IMG/VR virus record: IMGVR_UViG_3300023175_000036 | Coordinates: 1 to 60,502 of that record | Length of the DNA stretch: 60,502 nucleotides | Reading direction: 5' to 3' (one strand) | Source: a virus | Lineage: Duplodnaviria; Caudoviricetes | Shown: in pieces, positions 10,601-18,605 of the stretch | Position numbering within the stretch: the first letter of the stretch is position 1 | Layout of the letters: the number at the start of each line of letters is the position of its first letter | Notes under the pieces: model-generated | Database searches by the model: none | What the model saw: only the letters and a program-made list of their open reading frames with translations | Told to the model about the DNA's origin: nothing | Made by a program: the position numbers and the translations under genes

Positions 10601-10943
10601 CTACGTCTGCTCTGACAACCCATGCTCTGTTAGAAACACCAAGTAATGAGTAAGCTGCTTGTAATCCGTATTCATTAAGTTCTCCTGCATGAATTGGATT
10701 GTTGTTGTTATCAGTATAAAATACTGGATCTCCAAAGGTCTCTGTCAAATCGCGCTGCGAAGTAAGCAAGTAAGGCTTACCGGCATTTGCTTTTGTAGTA
10801 CCTGGAGCAATACCTGTGCCAGCGCCATTAGTTTTGTTTTCGGCGGTGGCTACGAATATCATTGGAACTGTACCTGGCTCCGCTGGTGTGTAGAAACTTT
10901 CGTCTACTACGGATACCTGTACTCCGGGTGATGTTAGTGCCAT
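7680..10943 (-). CDS. gp18: Tail sheath protein (gp18-like), enlarged
   Basis: N-terminal SPGVQVSVVDES; C-terminal PWFAPAG.RRG, GQKT, LDRINVARL, FEPND, CDESNNTP, IEPVKAVEFIYIPL. Confidence 0.95.
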   Translation of the reverse strand: MALTSPGVQVSVVDESFYTPAEPGTVPMIFVATAENKTNGAGTGIAPGTTKANAGKPYLLTSQRDLTETFGDPVFYTDNNNNPIHAGELNEYGLQAAYSLLGVSNRAWVVRADVDLGSLQATADAPAGDPADGALWVDTASSAFGIFEWNGAAASTAGGQSFSVKTPIVITDSAKTSGSTPYTPKGSVGAIGDYAITAGLSTVYRVWYKNQSGTWVQVGSTDWVGSVPSVTGSVVVTGSVASSLLDTDAFVIGVGGNNYNVTAAASGGSATSLDTIVTDSNTTLSGTGVSLANVNNQLVIYNDGSVSSSFTVTEGNNNLAATLGITAGGATYNVPALAIDPHTSVPQWKSSGSGQTERPTGSIWIKTTEPNSGARWRIKSWNADTELWDLISAPIYATNQAALEGLDKAGGGANLAVDDLYVQYNWTEAASKLGDFKVFKRAASGRTTATSAIVAAQLTGATTYSFKAQETKVGESGALSAQKTVSFTAAGTAADADTMADAINAAGFTNIVASVDANNKVVIEHTLGGDIRLDDGSATSPLTLLGFTSAADNVYDAPTGDSTNELVISNWAPVTTFTASADAPTSTTADGTLWYSSVVDEVDMMVHNGTTWVGYNTLHSSSNGTTVAASEPSSPVDQDIWVDTSDLENYPTIRRWNNDAQEWRLIDKSDQTTENGVLFADARWNTTGGSEEATIDELLSSDFLDPDAPDPALYPRGMLLWNMRRSGFNVKKFVRNYIDKTADNPRMNDVSMASYDANRWVTESANQEDGSGSFGRHAQRKVVVQQLQATVNSNDDIRDDESRIFNLMATPGYPELIGEMISLNYDRGLSAFIVGDSPARLTSDATSLNEWGQNVALAVEDNDDGLVSRDEYLGIFYPWGFTSDNAGNNVVVPPSHMMLRTIALSDQVSYPWFAPAGTRRGGITNATATGYIDGEGEFVSIALNEGQRDTLYSVNVNPITFINGAGLVAYGQKTRARGASSLDRINVARLVIYLRGQLNKLAKPYIFEPNDKITRDQIKQAAESLMLELVGARALYDYLVVCDESNNTPARIDRNELYLDIAIEPVKAVEFIYIPLRLKNTGEIAGL

Positions 10944-10984
10944 TATATTTCTCCTATTAATAATGTTTGAGCGTTTGTTATAGT

Positions 10985-10992
10985 TATTTAGC
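10985..10992 (-). promoter_or_regulatory. Late promoter GCTAAATA for the sheath gene
   Basis: TAAATA core upstream of an AGGAG SD. Confidence 0.5.
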
Positions 10993-11059
10993 AGACTTTG
11001 AATAATTTAATGGTATAATCACCTAGAAAAAGGCACCGAAAAGGTGAGGTAAATACAGT

Positions 11060-11395
11060 ATGAGACCATTATGTAAGTGCGGACAGCGTCCTGCTGCTAT
11101 AAATTATAAAAAAGACGGCAAGACATATTATCGAACACTATGTGAACGTTGTTTACGTAACGGCGTAGGGCACGGAATACCTAAATGGAAACAACGAGGG
11201 TATGAGAAAAAAGATATTTGTGAGAAGTGCGGATTTAAATCTAAACACACTGAGCAATTCAATGTATTTCATATTGATGGAGATTTAAATAATTGTCGTC
11301 CGACTAATCTGAAAACAATTTGTGCAAATTGTCAGCGTCTTCTTCAAAAGGACGGGGTGCGCTGGAAGCAAGGTGACCTAGTCCCTGATTTCTAA
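11060..11395 (+). CDS. Zn-binding HNH-family protein
   Basis: CKC..CERC, CEKC..HIDGDLNNCRPTNL..ICANC; preceded by GGTAAATA-CAGT-ATG. Confidence 0.75.
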   Translation: MRPLCKCGQRPAAINYKKDGKTYYRTLCERCLRNGVGHGIPKWKQRGYEKKDICEKCGFKSKHTEQFNVFHIDGDLNNCRPTNLKTICANCQRLLQKDGVRWKQGDLVPDF

Positions 11396-11885
11396 AGATA
11401 GTACGAATAAGAGTATCGACATTTCTTTCTAATCTTTTTAAGTCGCCATTATTGTCAATAGTGTAATCGCACATCCATTGTTCGATGCTCATTGAACTTG
11501 GATCTTCTGTAGGCAAATGATCTGTACGATCTATCCAAATAGCATAATCAAAAATTTCTTCGTTTTGCATGGCGAAGAATTCACGCTTGTTACGCAAGCC
11601 ACAGTATATTTGATTTTGAGCAAACAGGTTGCGTCCAAGGCGTGCCAAATCATCTTTACAATAGTCGTGTATCATGTTGTACCACTCTGTACGATGATTG
11701 TGTCGATCTGCGTAACACTCTTCTTCGTTAGCGTAACCGTACTTGTCTTTTAGATCGTTGAATATAAACAACTCAGAACAGAATTTTGAACTTGACTGGA
11801 ATGTGTAACCATATTTTTCTAACATTTCACAGACAGTATCTTTACCATGTCTGCCGTGTCCAACAACAAGTAGTTTAGGTAACAT
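11304..11885 (-). CDS. Deoxynucleoside monophosphate kinase (T4 gp1-like)
   Basis: N-terminal P-loop VVGHGRHGKDTV, GLRNKREF, DYTIDNNG. Confidence 0.75.
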   Translation of the reverse strand: MLPKLLVVGHGRHGKDTVCEMLEKYGYTFQSSSKFCSELFIFNDLKDKYGYANEEECYADRHNHRTEWYNMIHDYCKDDLARLGRNLFAQNQIYCGLRNKREFFAMQNEEIFDYAIWIDRTDHLPTEDPSSMSIEQWMCDYTIDNNGDLKRLERNVDTLIRTIFRNQGLGHLASSAPRPFEEDADNLHKLFSD

Positions 11886-11918
11886 AAGTTAAATTATCCT
11901 TTGTATAATATACTTTAC

Positions 11919-11947
11919 AGTATATAGAATAATTACGTTTTTGTCAA
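11919..11947 (-). promoter_or_regulatory. Sigma70-type promoter for dNMP kinase
   Basis: TTGACA (11947-11942), 17-nt spacer, TATACT (11924-11919), A-rich upstream element. Confidence 0.75.
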
Positions 11948-12154
11948 GTATTTTTTACTTTTTTGAGCTTGTCGTTTTGCCCAGGCTGCTTCAAAACCAA
12001 TCTCATGCTGATATGCTTCAATGTTACCCCATAATCTTTTTACATAAGATTCATAAGTAGACATTATATCTTTTTCCTGCCATGATTCAGGGATGAGTTG
12101 ACCTTTTACAATCCAATACAAACGATTTGCTTCTTTAAGTTGGAAGTATGTCAT
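11933..12154 (-). CDS. Hypothetical protein
   Basis: 73-aa ORF preceded by TGTAAATA-CAGT-ATG. Confidence 0.6.
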   Translation of the reverse strand: MTYFQLKEANRLYWIVKGQLIPESWQEKDIMSTYESYVKRLWGNIEAYQHEIGFEAAWAKRQAQKSKKYLTKT

Positions 12155-12191
12155 ACTGTATTTACAGTAGACTTAGATTATAGCGTTAACA

Positions 12192-12950
12192 TTAACCAAT
12201 AGTGAAGCCGTAGCCGGCACCGCCTGCAACAGCCATTGAAACATCTGCTTCTAGTTTTTCCATTTCAGCTTGTGCTTCTGCTTTTAATGCATCACCGTTA
12301 AGTGCAGAACCACCTTGTGGGCCAGCAATAGTAGCAAATTTACTACGTGCTTCGCCTAACATAAATTTACAAGCAGCAAGCGTGTAATCTTTAATCCATT
12401 GGCTTGCTAGATAATCGTTCAGTAGTTCACTATCAGGACGATAGTTGTAAACATAGAGAAGTAGATTTTCTTCAGTGCGTGGACGTTGTAACAGAGTTAA
12501 CTTTTTACTAGTTGTATTCCATTTAAATTCAATAAATGAACCAAACATTCTGCCTACAAGTTCTTGGTATCCTGCAAACAGGTCATATGTGGCTAGACCT
12601 CCTAAATTGCTGCTTGACAAAAGATAAGTGTTTGTGTAAGCAAGATTGAATGGTTCAAATAATGTGCCGCCGTCACCGCCACCGCTACGTGAGCCAATGC
12701 TTCTACGGAATAATTTACGAACTTCTACTACTTCGTTTGGAAGTATGTATTCGTTTTGATCTTCAACAGTAGGCATAAACAAGTATGACTCTTCAACACT
12801 ATTGTCCGAACGCTGTCTAAATTTAGCAAATGCTTTTTTTAATGCAGTTTCATAGTGGATAGGATCTAGCTCGACATCTACCATTCCTCCGCCAAGGAAT
12901 GCATTTACATAGTCGAAAACTTCTTGTTTTTGTGTTTGCGATACTGCCAT
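12192..12950 (-). CDS. gp13: Neck protein (gp13-like)
   Basis: LGGGMVDVEL..HYE, WIKDYTLA..K..LGEARSKF..IAGPQGG..LNG..LK.EA motifs. Confidence 0.85.
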   Translation of the reverse strand: MAVSQTQKQEVFDYVNAFLGGGMVDVELDPIHYETALKKAFAKFRQRSDNSVEESYLFMPTVEDQNEYILPNEVVEVRKLFRRSIGSRSGGGDGGTLFEPFNLAYTNTYLLSSSNLGGLATYDLFAGYQELVGRMFGSFIEFKWNTTSKKLTLLQRPRTEENLLLYVYNYRPDSELLNDYLASQWIKDYTLAACKFMLGEARSKFATIAGPQGGSALNGDALKAEAQAEMEKLEADVSMAVAGGAGYGFTIG

Positions 12951-12969
12951 TTATGTTTCTCCGTTATAG

Positions 12970-12989
12970 TATTTATCTTTCGATAAATA
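12970..12989. promoter_or_regulatory. Back-to-back divergent late promoters forming an inverted repeat
   Basis: TATTTATC-tttc-GATAAATA between the divergent gp13 and gp14 genes. Confidence 0.7.
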
Positions 12990-12994
12990 TGTGT

Positions 12995-14359
12995 ATGCCA
13001 AGACTTAGTTTATATAAACCAGAGCGCGGTGCAGACTATAAGTTTCTGGATCGACAAATTAACGAAATGTTTACCATAGGTGGTACAGACCTTTTTGTCC
13101 ACAAGTATATTGGTACGAATGACGGAACAACAGAAAAGGATCATACACAAATCCAAGATATGTTGTTTTTAGAAAATCGTGATAGAAAATACGATCCAGA
13201 TATCTATACAATTAGAGGCATTTATAATGTACAGGATATTGATTTTGATCTTAGCCAATTTGGATTGTTTTTAACTAACGATACATTGTTTATGACTGTG
13301 CATATTACAAGCTCAGTTGAAGCAATAGGACGTAAACTAATGCCTGGTGATGTAATTGAATTACCTCACTTAAAAGATGAATATGCACTAAACGACTTTA
13401 GTGTAGCACTAAAACGTTTTTATGTTATTGAAGATATCAATCGTGCTGCTGAAGGATTTTCGCCAACTTGGTATCCACATTTATATAGACTAAAACTTAA
13501 ACAGATTGTTGATAGTCAAGAATTTAAAGACATTCTCGATTTACCTGCAAGTGAAGATCATCCAGAAGACGGCACATTGCGTGATGTATTAAGTACGTTT
13601 GAAGCAGAAATGCAAGTTAATGATGCTGTAGTTGCAGAAGCAGAAGCAAATACACCTAAGAGTGGTTATGCTGTAGATGAAAATTATTATACCCTTGCTG
13701 TAGATGAAAATACAGGCAGGAAAAAGATTCAACAAACAGATAGTCAAGGTAATGTTACAGATAAAGCAACTCCGACAAGAACCGGTTATAGTGGTCTTCT
13801 TATTGGAGACGAGTTTGCACCTAATGGCAGTAACTTTAGTAGTGGTATTAGTTTTCCACTTAATGCTGTTACAGGCGATTATTTTTTAAGAACAGACTTT
13901 TTACCACAACGTATGTTCCGCTATGATGGTAGACGTTGGTTAAAAGTACACGATGTTAAGAGAGCTCCAATGGACAACGGTACTACACAAACATTGCGTG
14001 GATCATTTATTAATGATGTAGACACCTACATCTACAACACACCAATTGCACAAGATTTTGTACGTCTAACTGTAGGACAAACTGTAATTAATACAGAAAT
14101 TGCATACACAACTGCAAAATATCTCCAGATAGAATTTACATCAACTACAGGTGACGGATATATTAGATTACCATTTATAATTGAAGATTATCCTGGTATG
14201 CTTACAAGTTATGATGACAATGGAACCGAACGTGTTAAAATTACATTACCAGAAGATGTTGTTAAATATGAAGGATTATATAGTTTAACACTACATAATG
14301 TACGAACACAACAGCGTCAGGCGCTTTCTCAAGTATTAAGACCTAAGGCGGATAACTAA
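12995..14359 (+). CDS. gp14: Neck/head-completion protein (gp14-like) with C-terminal extension; start revised from 12899 to 12995
   Basis: MPRLSLYKP..DMLFLENRDRKYD..DLSQFGLF..GDVIELPH; ATG is 5 nt after GATAAATA, and the longer ORF-track start overlaps gp13. Confidence 0.7.
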   Translation: MPRLSLYKPERGADYKFLDRQINEMFTIGGTDLFVHKYIGTNDGTTEKDHTQIQDMLFLENRDRKYDPDIYTIRGIYNVQDIDFDLSQFGLFLTNDTLFMTVHITSSVEAIGRKLMPGDVIELPHLKDEYALNDFSVALKRFYVIEDINRAAEGFSPTWYPHLYRLKLKQIVDSQEFKDILDLPASEDHPEDGTLRDVLSTFEAEMQVNDAVVAEAEANTPKSGYAVDENYYTLAVDENTGRKKIQQTDSQGNVTDKATPTRTGYSGLLIGDEFAPNGSNFSSGISFPLNAVTGDYFLRTDFLPQRMFRYDGRRWLKVHDVKRAPMDNGTTQTLRGSFINDVDTYIYNTPIAQDFVRLTVGQTVINTEIAYTTAKYLQIEFTSTTGDGYIRLPFIIEDYPGMLTSYDDNGTERVKITLPEDVVKYEGLYSLTLHNVRTQQRQALSQVLRPKADN

Positions 14360-15873
14360 TGGCTGAACACTTTTATGATGGACAAATAAGAAAGTATCTT
14401 GTACAAATGATGCGACTGCTTAGTAACTTTAGTTACAAGACAGGCGACGGCACTACTATACAAGTTCCAGTTATGTACGGGGATATGACTAGACAAGTAA
14501 GTGCTATCTTGCGTGATAATTCAGAAAATAAAATACCTAGTGCTCCTAGAATGTCTGTATATATTACAGGTTTAGATATAGACAGAGAACGTACTTCAGA
14601 TGCTAGTTATACAAATAAAAGACATATAAGAGAACGTGTAAAAGATAATAGCGGTAATTATATTGATGATCAAGGACGTCAATATACTGTAGAACGTTTA
14701 ATGCCTACACCCTACAAACTTACAATGAACTGTGATATATGGGCAACTAATACAGATATGAAGTTGCAAATAATGGAGCAGATTTTAATGTTGTTTAATC
14801 CAAGTTTTGATATACAAACCACAGACAACTATTTAGACTGGACAAGTTTAACTACAGTCATGCTAGATAGTGTTAACTTTAGCACTCGTACTATTCCAGT
14901 TGGCGTTGATAGTGAAATAGATGTTGGACAAATGACATTTAGTACACCAATTTATATTAGTCCTCCTGCTAAGGTTAAACGTCTTGGTGTTGTTACTAAT
15001 ATTGTTACTAGTATTTTTGACGGTGACGGTTATTATGACTTTGAAAAATTACTCGAAGGTACTAATCTGTTTAGTATTGGTGGATATACACAGTCGTTCG
15101 AAGACGGCGGCACACAGAACGAAGTTGTAGATACTGGTGCATTTCCAAATGACGGTGACGGTATATTAACTCCAAGAAAACAAGTTACACGAGTTAACAA
15201 ACCAGTTGTAAAAAATCCATTACAAGAAAGAATTCTTATCTTAAACGGAGATGCACAAATATTAGATAATGGATTACCTAGTAATTTTAAATGGAGCGAT
15301 TATTTTACAGAACTTACAGGAAAATATCAAGCAGGGTTAAGTATAATATACTTAAGAAAACCGGATATACAAGGGTTAGTTGCTGGTCGTATTACTATTA
15401 ATACGCTAGACGAAACTAAACTTTCTATAGATTGGGATAGAGATACACTGCCTAGTAATACTACAATACAAGGTCCTGCAAGAGATGCAAATCAATATTC
15501 AAGTGTAGACTTTATTATTGATCCGTTGCGTTATGATCCAAAATCAGATACAGGAAAAGCAGGTGTTAGATTACTACTATTAGGCGCTATAGGTGACGCT
15601 TCAAATACAGACGGAAGTTATGCTTGGAAAAATACTGATAACTCAGACTTTGTAGCAGGAGCTAATGATATTATAGAATATGACGGTGCAAATTGGCATA
15701 TTGTGTTTGATGCAAGTAAAGAGTACTTGCCATACAACAACGAAACTATTACAACAGTATATACTACAAATCTTAACACAGGAGTTCAATACTACTGGGA
15801 CGGTGATCAATGGCTATTAAGCGTAGACGGTGAATATGCCAAAGGTGACTGGACTATACGTCTAGACGGATAA
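14359..15873 (+). CDS. gp15: Tail terminator / sheath stabiliser (gp15-like) with C-terminal extension
   Basis: HFYDGQIRKY..F..VPVMYG..PRMS..D.ER..PTPY.L..QIMEQIL..FNP. Confidence 0.8.
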   Translation: MAEHFYDGQIRKYLVQMMRLLSNFSYKTGDGTTIQVPVMYGDMTRQVSAILRDNSENKIPSAPRMSVYITGLDIDRERTSDASYTNKRHIRERVKDNSGNYIDDQGRQYTVERLMPTPYKLTMNCDIWATNTDMKLQIMEQILMLFNPSFDIQTTDNYLDWTSLTTVMLDSVNFSTRTIPVGVDSEIDVGQMTFSTPIYISPPAKVKRLGVVTNIVTSIFDGDGYYDFEKLLEGTNLFSIGGYTQSFEDGGTQNEVVDTGAFPNDGDGILTPRKQVTRVNKPVVKNPLQERILILNGDAQILDNGLPSNFKWSDYFTELTGKYQAGLSIIYLRKPDIQGLVAGRITINTLDETKLSIDWDRDTLPSNTTIQGPARDANQYSSVDFIIDPLRYDPKSDTGKAGVRLLLLGAIGDASNTDGSYAWKNTDNSDFVAGANDIIEYDGANWHIVFDASKEYLPYNNETITTVYTTNLNTGVQYYWDGDQWLLSVDGEYAKGDWTIRLDG

Positions 15874-15881
15874 TTACTTGT

Positions 15882-16319
15882 ATGAACAAGATTATCTGTA
15901 GTGGTGCTCTCTTTTACGCATTAAATACCAAAAGATTTTTATTCTTACACAGAGTAAACGGTAAAACAGCCGGTACTTGGGGTCTTGTAGGTGGCGGCAC
16001 AGAAAACGGTGAAACACCATTTGAAGGTTTAAAAAGAGAAATACAAGAAGAAGTAGGTAATATTCCTAAAATTATAAAAACAATTCCTTTAGAAACATTT
16101 GTTTCTAACGATTCAAAATTTAATTTTCATACATATCTTGTAGTTATAAAAGAAGAATTTTTACCAACGCTAAATTCAGAACACAGCGGGTATGCATGGG
16201 TTGAATTTGGTTGTTGGCCAAAAACTTTACATCAAGGCTTAAGAAATACACTACAGAATAAAACCAATTTAAATAAACTTGAAACAGTATTTCAAGTAAT
16301 TAATCTATTAGAGGTTTAA
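15882..16319 (+). CDS. Nudix hydrolase
   Basis: Nudix box GGTENGETPFEGLKREIQEEVG; EHSGYAW. Confidence 0.9.
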   Translation: MNKIICSGALFYALNTKRFLFLHRVNGKTAGTWGLVGGGTENGETPFEGLKREIQEEVGNIPKIIKTIPLETFVSNDSKFNFHTYLVVIKEEFLPTLNSEHSGYAWVEFGCWPKTLHQGLRNTLQNKTNLNKLETVFQVINLLEV

Positions 16320-16688
16320 ATGAAAGACAATATAAAACAACACGACTGGGGCTATGAAATAGCTTGGGTAACAAAAGATACATACTATAGTAAAATTATT
16401 GCATTTAATAAACCTGCTAGAACAAGTATGAGCTTTCATAAATTAAGAAATAAGAGTTGGTTTATAAATGACGGACAATTTAAAATTAGATGGATTGATA
16501 CTAAAACTGGTCAAGCGTATGAAAGCGAACTTAAAGAAGGATTAACTTTCGATGTTCCTGCACTTATGCCTATAAGTATTGAGTGTATAAGTCCTACAGG
16601 AAGTTTTACCGAAGTCGGTGATGTTTCAAAAACTGATGATGCATATCATCTTTCTCCAACAGGAGTAGCAAATGATTCCACGCCTTAA
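16320..16688 (+). CDS. Cupin-fold protein (mannose-6-phosphate-isomerase-like), degenerate
   Basis: WGYE..YYSKII..SMSFH..KSWFINDG..F.VP pattern. Confidence 0.6.
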   Translation: MKDNIKQHDWGYEIAWVTKDTYYSKIIAFNKPARTSMSFHKLRNKSWFINDGQFKIRWIDTKTGQAYESELKEGLTFDVPALMPISIECISPTGSFTEVGDVSKTDDAYHLSPTGVANDSTP

Positions 16689-16920
16689 GTATTCTCAAAA
16701 ATATATAAATGAATTAGAAAAATTTAAAGATGGTGTTGAAAAAATTACCAATCAAGATTCTAAAAATAAAGGACAATTACTTCTTAAGCAACTTCAAGAT
16801 AAAGTAGATCTAATAGATAGTTTACACAGTGATACAGGGTTTACTAATCTTAAGTTAACCAAAGAAGAAATTGCTAATACTGTTAAAATAAGACACCAGT
16901 TAGCACAACTAATTAAATAG
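16672..16920 (+). CDS. Hypothetical helical protein
   Basis: AGGAG upstream; overlaps the preceding gene end. Confidence 0.6.
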   Translation: MIPRLKYSQKYINELEKFKDGVEKITNQDSKNKGQLLLKQLQDKVDLIDSLHSDTGFTNLKLTKEEIANTVKIRHQLAQLIK

Positions 16921-18580
16921 TTGAGAATCTTTTAACTTGAATAGATCCTACCATTGCAGGGTGTGCTGTACACTGATATCGATACCCTCCGGAAATGTTT
17001 TCTGGAATTCTCCAATATAACGTTCCGTCTGACCAACCTTGAGCTTGTGATCCAGTCAATACTCTGCCTTCATTTGATACATGAAACACTCCGGTATTGT
17101 ACTGATTGCCTAATGGATCTTGTATTTCAAACGGGTGTCCTGTTGCGTTAGTTAAGTCAAATGATACTGTTGTTCCTGACAATACATAGATTGTTGGGTT
17201 ATTTGCAGAATAGTGTGGTTGGAAAGTATATGCTGTGATGCCAACACTACCTACTTTAAATTGTACCAATGTAGGTTCTACAATGTTGTTGATTGTGAAG
17301 AATCCTGTATCGCCTCTAATAATATTAGGAAATGCATTTTCCCATTCAGTACCATTCCAATATAAAACAGAACCCTTTGCATCTAATGGCGCATTTTGTG
17401 CCCAAGTAAATGCAACATCTGATAAATCTTCAATTGAAGTAGGTACAACAGGAGGTGTATAACTAAACACACCTGATGTATTATTATATGTTAGTGTTCC
17501 ACTGCCGCTTGCTGTATTCTGTGTAACGCTTAAATCAGTTAATGAAATACCTCCGCCGCCGCTTGCTACTGATGCAGGCTCCCAAACACTGTTAGTTGAA
17601 TTCCATGAAAGTACTTCACCGTTGTTAGGAGCCGATGTTGTTGTGTCAACATCGCTTAATGCATCTATGCTAATAGAGTTTAGATCTGTTGCACTAACGC
17701 TGGTAAGATAAGAACCTAAATCACTTATTTGACTTTCTGTAATACTTAATGCACTTTGGTGTTGTGTTACTGAACTTTGTGTAATGTTTGCATTAGGTAC
17801 ATCTGCCCATGTAACTGCTGCTGTTAAATCGTTTGTTTCTGTATAACTTGTTAAGTAACTTGACAAATCAGGTGGTGTATAACGGAACACACCTGTTGTA
17901 TTATCATAACTAATTGCACCGTCACCGCTTGCTGTTAGTTCGTTACCTACACTAAAATCTGCTAGTGTTGCAACTGTAGGAGTATTAGTAAAGTTATTGT
18001 AGTCTAGATAATATGTACTGTCAAATCCGTCTAATGTATCAGCGTCTAATCCACTACCGCCAGATGTTACGTCAAATCCTGGTGCCCAATGATTACCGTC
18101 CCATTTAAGAACTTGTCCAACTGCCGGTGCAGATGATGTTGTATCAACATCACTTAAAAAATCAATACTAAATGATACTAAATCTATATGTAGGTCATTG
18201 CTGTCTGTAGTGAGTTCTGTAGCAATGTTTGTTCTACCCAAAACATTTAAAGTATCTGAACCACTTGCTGCATATTGTCCATCGTCTGTAACAACAGTAC
18301 TAAAAGCATTAGTAACACCACCTGTTACATTTGCATTAATAGTTAGCGTATCACCGGTGATTGCTGTTGTAACATTTGAGCCGCCAGCAACAGTTAATGT
18401 GTCGTTGTTTATATCTGCTGTTGTGCTTCCGGTATCTGCTGCTATTGTATTAAATGTGTTAACATTTACCGATACTTGTGCTGGAACAACATTCCATACA
18501 GTGCCATCAAACTCCCAGGTGGTTCCGCCCGATGTATATTGGTCTCCTATCGAAGGACTATCTGGAAAATTTAAAGCCAT
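16913..18580 (-). CDS. Fibre/appendage protein with a C-terminal cupredoxin-like domain
   Basis: MALNFPDSP..W.FDG..W N-terminus; LSDVD..GQVLKWDG repeats; C-terminal GHPF...YQCTAHPAM. Confidence 0.7.
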   Translation of the reverse strand: MALNFPDSPSIGDQYTSGGTTWEFDGTVWNVVPAQVSVNVNTFNTIAADTGSTTADINNDTLTVAGGSNVTTAITGDTLTINANVTGGVTNAFSTVVTDDGQYAASGSDTLNVLGRTNIATELTTDSNDLHIDLVSFSIDFLSDVDTTSSAPAVGQVLKWDGNHWAPGFDVTSGGSGLDADTLDGFDSTYYLDYNNFTNTPTVATLADFSVGNELTASGDGAISYDNTTGVFRYTPPDLSSYLTSYTETNDLTAAVTWADVPNANITQSSVTQHQSALSITESQISDLGSYLTSVSATDLNSISIDALSDVDTTTSAPNNGEVLSWNSTNSVWEPASVASGGGGISLTDLSVTQNTASGSGTLTYNNTSGVFSYTPPVVPTSIEDLSDVAFTWAQNAPLDAKGSVLYWNGTEWENAFPNIIRGDTGFFTINNIVEPTLVQFKVGSVGITAYTFQPHYSANNPTIYVLSGTTVSFDLTNATGHPFEIQDPLGNQYNTGVFHVSNEGRVLTGSQAQGWSDGTLYWRIPENISGGYRYQCTAHPAMVGSIQVKRFSTI

Positions 18581-18605
18581 GTTGTTTTTATCCTCTTTAT
18601 CATAT

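Noticed and set aside
11011-11019. Extended -10 element TGGTATAAT upstream of the HNH gene
   Set aside because: No supporting -35, AT-rich context, and a late box adjacent to the ATG already explains expression; too weak to call.
12899-12994. ORF-track N-terminal extension of the gp14-like gene resembling a signal peptide
   Set aside because: It overlaps gp13 and the promoter pair; the ATG at 12995 fits the promoter spacing seen elsewhere.
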